Shown: piece by piece, positions 49,423 through 59,066 of the stretch
How the letters are laid out: each line of letters starts with the position of its first letter
How positions within the stretch are numbered: the stretch's first letter is position 1
Assembly: GCA_944392585.1 (NCBI GenBank)
Contig: CALXXA010000028.1
Span: 521 to 64,520, forward strand
Reading direction: 5' to 3'
Source of the DNA: an uncultured Alphaproteobacteria bacterium
GTDB taxonomy: Bacteria; Pseudomonadota; Alphaproteobacteria; CAAHEQ01; UBA3637
Length of the DNA stretch: 64,000 nt
Program-made: the position numbers and the translations under genes
Notes under the pieces: model-generated
The model's database searches: none
Told to the model about the DNA's origin: nothing
What the model saw: the letters and a program-made list of their open reading frames with translations, nothing else

Positions 49423-51615
49423 TTACCGGAGGACTTCGCGGACTTTTTGTGTTAATTGAGACAAGCTAAAAGGTTTGGGAAGGAAAGAGAAAGTTTGAGA
49501 ATCATCTTTCCCATGTCTGGCGAAGTCTTGAGAATAGCCGCTCATTAAAATGACTCGGATATTAGGATATCGATTTTTAGCAAGTTCAGCAAGCGTTTCT
49601 CCATCCATTCCAGGCATCATCATATCGGTTAGCAGTAAATCAAAAGGTCCGTTTTCTTCCATTTTTTTGAGAGCCTGTTCTCCGTCGGAACATTCTGTTA
49701 CGGTAAATCCTTTATTTTTAAGGACACGCGAACTAAAAGCACGAACAGCATCTTCGTCTTCTACCAGTAAAATTTTTGCGGAGCTTGTCGGAAAAGTATG
49801 AATGATTGTATTTTTCTGATCCGGCTCTTTTGATGCTTGCGTGAAGCGAGGTAAGTAAATAGTGAAAGTCGTTCCTTTTCCTAAAGAACTTTCCACTTGA
49901 ATATATCCGTCTGTTTGAGTAATGATTCCATAAACGGTTGATAATCCCAGACCTGTTCCAGAACCGGCGATTCCTTCTTTTGTCGAGAAGAAAGGTTCGA
50001 ATATACGAGATAAATTTTCTTGAGAGATACCGCATCCTGTATCAGTGACTGTAATAACGATATAAGTTCCCGGTATCATGATATCAGATCCGACGGTCCT
50101 TGTTTTTTTAAATGTTTCAACTTTGCTTTTGATTGTTAAAGATCCTCCATTCGGCATAGCGTCTCTTGCGTTGACGGCTAAGTTTAAAAAAACTTGGGTT
50201 AATTGATTAGGATCTACTTTAACGAAACCTAATTCCGGCGCATGTTGTGTTTTGAGCTCTATTTTAGGTCCGATACTGCGATGTAAAAGAGCCGTTAATT
50301 CCGAGAAAGCATCAGCAATATCTATAAGGCGAGGTTTTAAAGGTTGTTTTCTTGAAAAAGCGAGTAATTGACCAACTAAAGCAGAGGCTCTGTTTGCATT
50401 ATGCTTTATTTGCATAATATCGGCAAAAGAAGGATCTCCCATAGTATGTTTTTGTAAAAGTAGATCCGAAAAGCCGATAATTGCTGTCAACAAGTTGTTA
50501 AAATCATGAGCGACACCTCCGGCTAATTGCCCCATAGCCTGCATTTTTTGAGCGTGTGCCATTTGCATTTCCAGATTTTTTCGTTCAGATGAGTCGGTTA
50601 AATACAAAATGAAAGAGGAAACATCTGTCTCCTCAAGCCCGTTCATCTTAGGTTGTATAGGAGCTATAAATGCAATGGCGCTTCGTGTTTGCCCGTGAGG
50701 GAAAATAAAATTTAATTCGCATTTTTCAAATTTTTGAGCTTTCATTAGAAGCTTTGATAGCTTAAGCGGTAATGTTTCTTTGCTTTCTGTGTCAATAAAA
50801 GATAAAAAAGATTGGTCTTTTATTTGTTCAAATGGCAATGCCATCATCTTTTGAAAAGCTATATTCGCTTCTAAAACGGATAAATCCATTGCATCAATAA
50901 CGACCATTCCTAAAGGAGCATTTTGGAAAAAATCCGGAAATCCATCCGTATGGAATGAAGAGGTCGACGGAGAATCTTCTTCTTTAATGACAATGCTTTG
51001 GAACATTGTTTTCCCATCTTGATCAAAAGATGTTTGATAGACTTTGGCTGGGAAGGTCTTTTTCCCCGATTTAAATAAAACGCTTCCGCTCCAAGCTCCA
51101 TTCATATCAGGAAGTAATCCTTTGATGATTTCTTGTAAATGACGACCTTTAATATCTTCTTGTTTTTTATCCGTCCAATGAGATAATACGTCATTCATAA
51201 ACTGAACGCATCCTTCTGAATCAACAATATAAAGTCCGACGGGAAGTGTATCAATCGATTCTTGTAAAGTCGCTTGTTCTTGTCGAATTAAAGATTGAAT
51301 GACAACGGTGTCTGTTAAATCTTCTCCTATTAAAAGAAAATCTTTATTTACTTTCTTGAGCGTTATTTTATATGTTTTTTCTTCAACTTCTATTTGAACG
51401 CTTAAAGGACATCTTTGCATATAAGCGCTTTTGAGCTTTTCCAAAACGTTTTGTTGCGTTGTTTCTTTTAAAAAAAGAAAAGGATCTGTTCCTTCTTTAA
51501 AAAGTTGACGCCCTTTTTTGTTGGAAACCAAAACACGGCCATGGCTGGAGCGAAGTTGGCGCGCATCCGATTCTGTGTCTAGCAACGCTTGAAGAGCTTT
51601 GTTTTTCCCAATCAT
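49423..51615 (-). CDS. Hybrid sensor histidine kinase/response regulator (PAS-PAS-HisKA-HATPase-REC), CckA-like, apparently soluble
   Basis: 730 aa. H-box 'GVAHDFNNLLTAI', G2 box 'GTGLGLS', receiver 'LLLTDMMMPGMDG'. No N-terminal TM segment is evident. Confidence 0.8.
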   Translation of the reverse strand: MIGKNKALQALLDTESDARQLRSSHGRVLVSNKKGRQLFKEGTDPFLFLKETTQQNVLEKLKSAYMQRCPLSVQIEVEEKTYKITLKKVNKDFLLIGEDLTDTVVIQSLIRQEQATLQESIDTLPVGLYIVDSEGCVQFMNDVLSHWTDKKQEDIKGRHLQEIIKGLLPDMNGAWSGSVLFKSGKKTFPAKVYQTSFDQDGKTMFQSIVIKEEDSPSTSSFHTDGFPDFFQNAPLGMVVIDAMDLSVLEANIAFQKMMALPFEQIKDQSFLSFIDTESKETLPLKLSKLLMKAQKFEKCELNFIFPHGQTRSAIAFIAPIQPKMNGLEETDVSSFILYLTDSSERKNLEMQMAHAQKMQAMGQLAGGVAHDFNNLLTAIIGFSDLLLQKHTMGDPSFADIMQIKHNANRASALVGQLLAFSRKQPLKPRLIDIADAFSELTALLHRSIGPKIELKTQHAPELGFVKVDPNQLTQVFLNLAVNARDAMPNGGSLTIKSKVETFKKTRTVGSDIMIPGTYIVITVTDTGCGISQENLSRIFEPFFSTKEGIAGSGTGLGLSTVYGIITQTDGYIQVESSLGKGTTFTIYLPRFTQASKEPDQKNTIIHTFPTSSAKILLVEDEDAVRAFSSRVLKNKGFTVTECSDGEQALKKMEENGPFDLLLTDMMMPGMDGETLAELAKNRYPNIRVILMSGYSQDFARHGKDDSQTFSFLPKPFSLSQLTQKVREVLR

Positions 51616-51962
51616 GCAATCTCCTTATCTAAAATATGCTAGCAAAATTCCAAAAAAGAATCGAGTGTTTTTGTAAAAGACTCTATAAAAGCTCATTTTG
51701 TTTTTTTTCTTTTTTTTTATCAGTATCTTCCTCTGTTTAAAATAATTTTTTTTTCTGAAAATCCTCAGAATAAGTCGATTTTAAGAGGAATGATAAATTT
51801 TATTAAAATAATACAATATGTTAGTTAAAAATGTTTTTTTTTGTCTCTTTTTTCTGTTTTTTAGACAAAGAACTTTTCTTAATAAAAGTTAATAAAAAAA
51901 ACTTTATTTTTGAATGTGTTAATAAGAATGTAAAATTTTTATTCTTTTTTTTAAAAAAAGAG

Positions 51963-51992
51963 TTGACAGCGTGTTTCTTAAAACGCTATCTT
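51963..51992 (+). promoter_or_regulatory. Putative sigma70 promoter of nrdD: TTGACA, 18-nt spacer, TATCTT; the spacer contains an imperfect palindrome gcgtgttt...aaaacgc
   Basis: Read directly from the sequence. It lies in a 420-bp AT-rich divergent region. The palindrome could be an operator (NrdR or FNR-type site not confirmed). Confidence 0.3.
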
Positions 51993-52035
51993 GAACTCTA
52001 CATATAAAAAAGAAGACTAGATATAGTAGTTTAAT

Positions 52036-54111
52036 TTGACAAGAGGATACAAAATGTTGGAAGTCATCAAAACATCAGAAGCAGAACCCTATCAAATAGA
52101 TATAGCTCCTTTGACAGATGTTATTAGTCGGGATGGTCAGGTTATTTCTTTTGATGCTTCAAAAATCGTAAGAGCAATTGAAAAGGCTGGGAAAGCTACC
52201 GGAGAATTCGGATTAGATGAAGCATGGCTTTTAGCAAGTCAAGTCGTTAAAGTTCTTAAACATCGGTTTGCTCATGGAACAGCACCGCAAGTTGAGCAAA
52301 TTCAAGATGTCGTTGAGCAATGTTTAATATCTTCTAATTATTATAAAACGGCTCGTGCATATATTGTTTATCGTGAGCGCAGAGAACAAGATAGACAAGA
52401 TAAAAAAACATTCGTTGATGTCATCGCATCTATTAATGAATACTTAGATCGTTCTGATTGGCGTGTTAGTGCCAATGCTAATCAAGGATATTCTTTAGGA
52501 GGATTGATTCTTAACACCTCCGGGAAGATGATTGCTAATTATTGGTTGAACCATGTGTATCCTAAGGAAGTCGGAGAGACTCACAGACGAGGAGATTATT
52601 ATATTCATGACTTAGATATGTTGTCAGGGTATTGTGCCGGGTGGTCTTTGAGAATGTTGCTGACGGAAGGGTTTAACGGGGTTCCAAATAAGGTTGAAGC
52701 ATTACCTCCCAAACATTTGGATACAGCATTTTTGCAAATGATTAATTTCTTAGGGACACTTCAAAATGAATGGTCCGGAGCGCAGGCCTTTAGCTCTGCG
52801 GACACATATTTGGCTCCTTTTATTCGCAAGGATAATCTTTCTTATGAAAAAGTTAAACAGGGGATGCAATCTTTTATTTATAATGTGAACGTTCCTTCTA
52901 GATGGGGAACTCAAACTCCCTTTACAAACTTAACTTTTGATTGGGTGTGTCCTGAAGATTTACGAAATGTACATCCTATTATCGCCGGGGAAGAAGTTGA
53001 TTTCACTTATGGAGAGCTTCAATCAGAAATGGATATGATTAACAGAGCGTATATTGAAATCATGACCGCTGGGGATGCTCGCGGGCGTCCGTTTACTTTC
53101 CCTATCCCGACGTATAATATCACAAAGGATTTCCCATGGAATTCTAGAAATACAAATCTTTTATTTGAAATGACTGCCAAATATGGGTTGCCATATTTCC
53201 AGAATTTTATTAACTCTTCTTTGTCTCCAAAACAAGTTCGCTCTATGTGTTGTCGGTTGCAATTGGATTTAACAGAGTTATTGGCAAGAGGGAATGGCTT
53301 GTTCGGATCCGCTGAACAAACAGGTTCTATCGGTGTTGTTACAATTAATTGTGCTCGATTGGGGTATCTTTATAAGGGAAATGAAGAAGCGATGATAAAG
53401 CGCTTGGATGAGCTGTTGGAGTTGGCTAAGACTTCTTTGGAAATCAAGCGTAAGGTTATTCAATCATATATGGATTCGGGGTTGTTCCCCTTTACAAAAA
53501 GATATTTAGGGACTTTACGCAACCATTTCTCAACAATTGGTGTTAATGGAATTAATGAAATGATCCGTAATTTTACGAATGATCAATATAACATTGCAGA
53601 TGCTGAAGGTATGAAATTCGCTATTCGGTTGTTAGATCATATCCGGGGAAAAATGGTTCAATTCCAATCTGAAACAGGTCATATGTATAATTTAGAAGCA
53701 ACTCCGGCGGAGGGAGCTACGTATCGGTTTGCTCGAGAAGATCAAAAACGGTTTCCTGATATTATTCAAGCGGGAACTCACGATGCTCCATATTATACGA
53801 ACTCTTCTCAATTACCGGCCAATTATACGGATGATCCTTTTGAAGCGTTGGATTTACAAGATACTTTACAGACTAAATATACCGGAGGAACAGTCTTACA
53901 TCTATATATGAATGAGCGAGTTTCTAATTCGGACACGTGTAAAGCTTTTGTTAAAAATGTTTTGGAGAATTATCATCTGCCTTACTTAACAATTACGCCT
54001 GTTTATTCTATTTGTCCTAAACATGGATATTTGTCTGGTAAGCATAAATTTTGTCCGCGTTGCGATGAGGAGTTAATTGCAAAAAAGCGTAAAAAAGTTT
54101 CTGTGTCTTAA
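52036..54111 (+). CDS. nrdD: Anaerobic ribonucleoside-triphosphate reductase large polypeptide, ending after the C-terminal Zn ribbon
   Basis: 691 aa. ATP-cone N-terminus. C-terminal 'CPKHGYLSGKHKFCPRC' Zn ribbon. No glycyl-radical motif in this ORF. Confidence 0.85.
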   Translation: MTRGYKMLEVIKTSEAEPYQIDIAPLTDVISRDGQVISFDASKIVRAIEKAGKATGEFGLDEAWLLASQVVKVLKHRFAHGTAPQVEQIQDVVEQCLISSNYYKTARAYIVYRERREQDRQDKKTFVDVIASINEYLDRSDWRVSANANQGYSLGGLILNTSGKMIANYWLNHVYPKEVGETHRRGDYYIHDLDMLSGYCAGWSLRMLLTEGFNGVPNKVEALPPKHLDTAFLQMINFLGTLQNEWSGAQAFSSADTYLAPFIRKDNLSYEKVKQGMQSFIYNVNVPSRWGTQTPFTNLTFDWVCPEDLRNVHPIIAGEEVDFTYGELQSEMDMINRAYIEIMTAGDARGRPFTFPIPTYNITKDFPWNSRNTNLLFEMTAKYGLPYFQNFINSSLSPKQVRSMCCRLQLDLTELLARGNGLFGSAEQTGSIGVVTINCARLGYLYKGNEEAMIKRLDELLELAKTSLEIKRKVIQSYMDSGLFPFTKRYLGTLRNHFSTIGVNGINEMIRNFTNDQYNIADAEGMKFAIRLLDHIRGKMVQFQSETGHMYNLEATPAEGATYRFAREDQKRFPDIIQAGTHDAPYYTNSSQLPANYTDDPFEALDLQDTLQTKYTGGTVLHLYMNERVSNSDTCKAFVKNVLENYHLPYLTITPVYSICPKHGYLSGKHKFCPRCDEELIAKKRKKVSVS

Positions 54112-54127
54112 AATTAAGGAGGGAAAT

Positions 54128-54322
54128 ATGAATACAGAAGAAATCTTATTATCTGATGATGAACGCCAACCTGTGGAATGTTGGACTCGTGTGATGGGTT
54201 ATTATAGACCGGTGATTTTTTTCAATAAAGGGAAACAAAGTGAGTTTGCTGAAAGAGTTTGGTTTAAAGAAGACAAGGCTGTTTCCGGAATGAACAGGAG
54301 TGATTGTATCAAAGAAGCCTAG
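54128..54322 (+). CDS. Stand-alone NrdD glycyl-radical domain (64 aa): 'TRVMGYYRPV...FNKGKQSEFAERV'
   Basis: Strong RBS AAGGAGG at 54116-54122, 5 nt before the ATG. The motif matches the NrdD C-terminal 'RVCGYLG...NxGKQxExxxRV' region. It is in a different frame from nrdD, 16 nt after the nrdD stop. Confidence 0.6.
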   Translation: MNTEEILLSDDERQPVECWTRVMGYYRPVIFFNKGKQSEFAERVWFKEDKAVSGMNRSDCIKEA

Positions 54323-54337
54323 GTTTATGAAAGATAG

Positions 54338-54367
54338 AACGCTCCGATGATCGGAGCGTTTTTTCTT
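54338..54367 (+). terminator. Rho-independent terminator between the glycyl-radical ORF and nrdG
   Basis: aacgctccga-tga-tcggagcgtt followed by ttttcttaaaaa. Confidence 0.65.
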
Positions 54368-54384
54368 AAAAAGAGAGAGAAAAA

Positions 54385-55092
54385 ATGATAAAAATAGGTG
54401 GCTTATTGCCTTTTACAATGATAGATTTTCCAGGAGAATTGGCCGCAGTTGTCTTTTGTCAAGGGTGCTTATTGAATTGTCCGTATTGCCATAATCCGGA
54501 GTTGAAAAGTTTATCGGATTCAACTCAGACTACGTGGAGCGATGTTATAAGCTTTCTAAAAAAACGTCAAAAGTTGTTAAGAGGCGTTGTTTTTAGCGGA
54601 GGAGAACCGTTACTTCAAAAGAATTTACACCAAGCGGTTTTAGAAGTTAAGTCTTTAGGGTTTAAAGTTGCGTTACACACTTCCGGAGCTCTGCCGGAAG
54701 CTTTGGGAAAACTGTTACAAGACCTTTCATGGATTGGATTAGATATAAAAGGTTCTTTCTCAAAATATCATAAAGCCTCGGGGACGAAAGTTGAGTTAAA
54801 TATAGCAGCATCTGTTCAAAAATCTCTAGATATGATATTAAGCGCCGGTGTTCCTTTCGAAGCACGAACAACAACAGATCCTAGAGTGCTAACAAAAGAG
54901 GATATTTTGGAGATGGCGTCATATTTATCTCAAAAAGGCGTTAAAACATACGCTTTGCAAGAGTATCGTCCTTGTAATAATGGGAGGATGCCGGAACCTT
55001 CTATGGAGGCTATCAGCGCTTTTTATCTGGATAAAATTTTCCTAAAAAAATTAGAAGATTTATTTGATTCTTTTATTATTCGGCGGGCGTAA
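54385..55092 (+). CDS. nrdG: Anaerobic RNR activating enzyme (radical SAM)
   Basis: 235 aa. 'CQGCLLNCPYCHNP' is the CxxxCxxC cluster motif. Confidence 0.85.
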   Translation: MIKIGGLLPFTMIDFPGELAAVVFCQGCLLNCPYCHNPELKSLSDSTQTTWSDVISFLKKRQKLLRGVVFSGGEPLLQKNLHQAVLEVKSLGFKVALHTSGALPEALGKLLQDLSWIGLDIKGSFSKYHKASGTKVELNIAASVQKSLDMILSAGVPFEARTTTDPRVLTKEDILEMASYLSQKGVKTYALQEYRPCNNGRMPEPSMEAISAFYLDKIFLKKLEDLFDSFIIRRA

Positions 55093-55570
55093 TTTCAAGA
55101 AAGTGTTTTTTCTTGGTTATTATTGATTCAAATTCATCTAAAACCTGAAGATAGACGTTTTTTTTAAAAGGAACAATATGATTTATTAAAAAATCCTTTT
55201 CAACCCATTGGAAATCATCAAACTCCATATCTTGGCGAGAGGAAAAGTCTTTTTGTATATTTAATCCCGTATATAAAAACAGGAACCATTTTTGTTTTTG
55301 TCCGCTCCATTTTTTTCGCTTTTCTTCGGGAATCCAATCCGGGAAGTCATAAGTATACCAATTTTTTGTTTGGCTGATATAAGAAATTTCGCGGATTCCC
55401 GTTTCCTCAAAAAGCTCTCGTTTCGCAGCATCGAAAGGATTTTCATTTTCATCAATTCCTCCTTGAGGCATTTGCCAGCGGTAAGAATCTGTTTGTCCTT
55501 TTCGAGAAGCAACAAAAATTTTATGATTATTATTTATAAGCATTATTCCAACGTTAAGACGATAAGTCAT
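55076..55570 (-). CDS. rppH: RNA pyrophosphohydrolase (NUDIX)
   Basis: 164 aa. NUDIX box 'GGIDENENPFDAAKRELFEETGI'. Confidence 0.85.
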   Translation of the reverse strand: MTYRLNVGIMLINNNHKIFVASRKGQTDSYRWQMPQGGIDENENPFDAAKRELFEETGIREISYISQTKNWYTYDFPDWIPEEKRKKWSGQKQKWFLFLYTGLNIQKDFSSRQDMEFDDFQWVEKDFLINHIVPFKKNVYLQVLDEFESIITKKKHFLEITPAE

Positions 55571-56552
55571 TTTTATCTTCCATTAGTAGAGTTGATACAG
55601 GTACAAACTCGATATCAGGAGATGAATTTTCTGATATCCATTTTGCCAATGTTTGAAGAACTACTGGAGCAGGAGAGAAAATTCCAATAGCACTTCCTTT
55701 TTCTAGAGCAGTTTTTTCGAGCTTTTGAATATATGTATGAAAAGCTTCAGGGTATAAATTATCGTGAACGTCTAAATCGACGTGACGACTTAACGGTAAG
55801 GTTATCTTTGAACTGGAAATATAAATAAGCCCTTTTTGAGAGATATTTTCTTCTATTAAAGTTTTTAACTCTGGTGTTTTCTCGATTAAAGCCGTGTTCT
55901 GAGAAAGAACTCCGCTGATAGGGAGGTAATTTGATAAAATATTCTCAATAATTTTTTGGTTTGTTATATTGTCTTGAAAAGAATATATTGCTTTTTCACC
56001 GGGGTCGTAAGCAGGGAAATCATCAGTTTCCATGGGTAGGTTGAGCATTGTTTCGAAGCCTTTTTGACGAGCGTCTTCAAGCTGAGCCGTTAAATTAGGA
56101 GCTTTTGACGAATATGAAAGAGTGACTAAATCGGGAAGAGATGAAAGAACTTTTTCTGTTACCTGTTTATTTAATCCTAAAGGTGAAATGATTAAAGCGA
56201 TTTGTTTTTTATCAGGATGTTTTTTTATGGGTTTTCTATACTTGACGGCCGCGGTTGTTTCTTTTAATAAGGGTTGATCAGCTTTGATAACAGATAATGG
56301 GGTGGTGTGGAAAACATAGTTCATAGAAGATTCTAAGTTGTCTGAAGACCCTGTTGGAACAGGTAAGTCTGTTTGCTTGGAAATAGAAGGGAGCAAAGAG
56401 GTTGAAGTTGTTTCAAACATAAATTTTGGAACATAAAAAGAAGTCCGAGGAATCCATAAAGATTCTTTTTCCCAAGTCTGAACTAACCTCCATCCTCCCC
56501 AAATAGTTAGGAGGAAAACAAGAAAGTAGATAATGAAATATTCTTTTTTCAT
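55554..56552 (-). CDS. Divergent polysaccharide deacetylase-family protein (YibQ-like)
   Basis: 332 aa. N-terminal TM. Conserved position between rppH and ctpA. Confidence 0.65.
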   Translation of the reverse strand: MKKEYFIIYFLVFLLTIWGGWRLVQTWEKESLWIPRTSFYVPKFMFETTSTSLLPSISKQTDLPVPTGSSDNLESSMNYVFHTTPLSVIKADQPLLKETTAAVKYRKPIKKHPDKKQIALIISPLGLNKQVTEKVLSSLPDLVTLSYSSKAPNLTAQLEDARQKGFETMLNLPMETDDFPAYDPGEKAIYSFQDNITNQKIIENILSNYLPISGVLSQNTALIEKTPELKTLIEENISQKGLIYISSSKITLPLSRHVDLDVHDNLYPEAFHTYIQKLEKTALEKGSAIGIFSPAPVVLQTLAKWISENSSPDIEFVPVSTLLMEDKNDLSS

Positions 56553-57875
56553 TTATTTTTTTTGCTCCTGTTGTCTGTAAATAGCGATAGAAGTCAAAAT
56601 ATCCATTGCACGATCTAGTTGATAATCCGGTTTTTCCTTAATATCGTCTGTTTTATTTTCTGAAGGGGATTTTTCAGAGGAAGTTTCTTTTTTGATAGAA
56701 TCTTTATTTTTTTCGCCTTCTTGTTGTCCCAGTGCTTTTGGCAAATTGGATTCGCTATAACCCTCTATAATAGGGAGTTCTTTAATTTCTGCTCTTGGAA
56801 TAATAACATCCGGAGTAATTCCTTTTGCCTGAATGGAGCGCCCGGAAGGTGTGTAATACCTTGCGGTAGTTAATTTAATTGCTCCGTATCCGGGGATAGG
56901 TTTGACACTTTGAACAGATCCTTTCCCAAATGAAGGCGTTCCGACTAAAACGGCACGCTTATGATCTTGTAAGGCTCCAGCAACAATTTCAGATGCGGAG
57001 GCAGATCCTTCATTGATAATAACGACTATTGGAAGCCCGTTTGTTAAATCTCCTTTTGTCGCTGACAATCGCATTGTTTCTTCCAGAATTCGAGAACGGG
57101 TCGAAACAATTTCTCCTTCGTTTAAAAAAGCATCAGTGACTCCAACAGCTTGTTCTAATAAACCTCCGGGGTTATTGCGAAGATCCAAAATAAACCCTTT
57201 AATCTTATTTTTTCCAATTTGTTTGGTTGTTTCTTTTATCGCTTTTTTTACATGATCTGTCGTTGTATCGCTAAATGTAATAATGCGAATGTACCCAATA
57301 TCTTTTTCTGCTTTATATTTAACAGATTCAATCTTTATAATATCTCGAGTTAACGTAACATCAAAAGGTTCCTCGTTTTTGCGTCGAATTGTAAGCGTAA
57401 TTTTAGATTTAGGTTTTCCACGCATTTTATCAACGGAATCTGTTAAACTCATTCCCATGACGGCAGTTCCATCAATATGTGTAATAAGATCTCCAGGCTG
57501 TATTCCGGCTTCAAACGCAGGAGTATCGTCAATCGGAGACACAACACGAACAAATCCGTTTTCCATTGTTACTTCAATTCCAAGTCCCCCAAACTCGCCT
57601 TTGGTTTGTACTTGCATATCGTTAAATGACTCGTCATTAAGGAATCCGGAATGAGGGTCTAAAGATGTCAGCATTCCGTTAATCGCCGCCTCAATAAGTT
57701 CTCTGTCCGATGTTTCATCTACATAATCTGTACGAATGGATTGAAAAGCGGATCCAAAAAGTTCTAATAATAAGTAGGGATCATCTTTAATCGTTTTTTC
57801 TTTTTGAGGCTTTTCTGCTAAACAAGAGTTTGAAAATATTAAACAAGCACATGCGATTAATAATAATTTTTTCAT
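56553..57875 (-). CDS. ctpA: Carboxy-terminal processing protease (S41)
   Basis: 440 aa. PDZ domain, catalytic Ser in 'GSASASEIVAG' and Lys in 'FGKGSVQ'. Confidence 0.85.
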   Translation of the reverse strand: MKKLLLIACACLIFSNSCLAEKPQKEKTIKDDPYLLLELFGSAFQSIRTDYVDETSDRELIEAAINGMLTSLDPHSGFLNDESFNDMQVQTKGEFGGLGIEVTMENGFVRVVSPIDDTPAFEAGIQPGDLITHIDGTAVMGMSLTDSVDKMRGKPKSKITLTIRRKNEEPFDVTLTRDIIKIESVKYKAEKDIGYIRIITFSDTTTDHVKKAIKETTKQIGKNKIKGFILDLRNNPGGLLEQAVGVTDAFLNEGEIVSTRSRILEETMRLSATKGDLTNGLPIVVIINEGSASASEIVAGALQDHKRAVLVGTPSFGKGSVQSVKPIPGYGAIKLTTARYYTPSGRSIQAKGITPDVIIPRAEIKELPIIEGYSESNLPKALGQQEGEKNKDSIKKETSSEKSPSENKTDDIKEKPDYQLDRAMDILTSIAIYRQQEQKK

Positions 57876-59065
57876 TTACTTTTCCTTTTTTGTTGTTTTA
57901 CAGCAAACCAATTTATAGGATTAATCGGTTGTCCGTCTTTTCTAAATTCAATATATAACTTTTGAGGGGCATTTGTCGACATATTTCCGACAGGTTCTCC
58001 AGTTAAAATATTTTGACCTACGTTTGCATCAATATGTCCTAATCCTGCTAAAAGAGAATGGTATCCTTGTCCATGTTCTATAATTAATAAATTGCCATAG
58101 CTCTTAAAAGGACCGGCGAATAAAACAGTTCCATCAAAAGGAGCAACAACTTGAGCATTATTTCTTGTTTGCATTGTTAATCCTTTTGCTGTTAATCCGG
58201 AATCAAGTTTATCTCCGTAAGATTGAATAATTCGTCCTCTGACGGGAAGAGGTAAATTTCCTTTTGATTTATAAAACGCCGCGTCATTTCGAGATGGCAT
58301 AGGAATATTGAAAATCGGTTTTTGTTTATTGGCCAGAGAAAGTGTTTTTTGTCGTTCGATGTCTAACTTTTGTAACAAGTCTCGGAGATCTTTAGCCTGT
58401 TTCCCCAATTCAATGCTTTTTTTGCGAGCTTGTTGACTTTCTGTTTCGAAATGTGTTTGTAGTATGAATTTTTGTTTCATTAGTTTTTCCATATTACTTT
58501 TTTCTTCTTCTAATCGATGAGAAGCTACTTTTATTTGAGTTGCTTGTGCTTGTAATGCAGCTTGTAGGGAAGTCAGCGTATCTAAATCTTGGCGAAGCTT
58601 TTCTGTTTGAGCTAATAGAGGTGTTCTGCCTTGTTTGAGCAATAAAGAACTTCGAAGCGCGAGAATGGGATCTTGCGCTTGGAAAAATAATGTTTCCGGA
58701 GGGTTAATTGCCATTTTTTGTAAGGCGCTCATGATTTGGACGAGTTGTTGATGTCTTTCTTTAAGATGGTTTTTTATTTTTTCTTCATCTTTTTCCAATT
58801 CAGCGCGTTTTTTTTCTAATTGCGTTAAAGTTTCTTCAAAGTCTTGAACTGTTTGAGCGGCTTTGACCATTTTCTTTTGAACCGAAGAAACTTCAGATGC
58901 AATACTTTGTGCCTTACGTTTGAGTTCTTTATGCGTTTGTTGTTCTTCTTTAATTTGATCTTGTAACTTTTTTAAGTCATGAGGAGAAGGAGCTGCATAT
59001 GTGGTTATGTTGCTCCATGATAAGAAGATGCTTAAACATAAAAAGAAAAAACATCGTCTACACAT
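57872..59065 (-). CDS. EnvC-like murein hydrolase activator (coiled coil plus degenerate M23/LytM domain)
   Basis: 397 aa. Long coiled coil. The C-terminal M23 domain carries 'KLYIEF' where the catalytic 'HxHxE' would sit. Confidence 0.7.
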   Translation of the reverse strand: MCRRCFFFLCLSIFLSWSNITTYAAPSPHDLKKLQDQIKEEQQTHKELKRKAQSIASEVSSVQKKMVKAAQTVQDFEETLTQLEKKRAELEKDEEKIKNHLKERHQQLVQIMSALQKMAINPPETLFFQAQDPILALRSSLLLKQGRTPLLAQTEKLRQDLDTLTSLQAALQAQATQIKVASHRLEEEKSNMEKLMKQKFILQTHFETESQQARKKSIELGKQAKDLRDLLQKLDIERQKTLSLANKQKPIFNIPMPSRNDAAFYKSKGNLPLPVRGRIIQSYGDKLDSGLTAKGLTMQTRNNAQVVAPFDGTVLFAGPFKSYGNLLIIEHGQGYHSLLAGLGHIDANVGQNILTGEPVGNMSTNAPQKLYIEFRKDGQPINPINWFAVKQQKRKSK

Positions 59066-59066
59066 G

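Noticed and set aside
54077-54127. N-terminal extension (MQKSVKKFLCLKIKEGN) of the small NrdD glycyl-radical ORF as drawn in the track
   Set aside because: The extension overlaps the nrdD 3' end and has no RBS. A strong AAGGAGG RBS precedes the internal ATG at 54128, which is the more plausible start.
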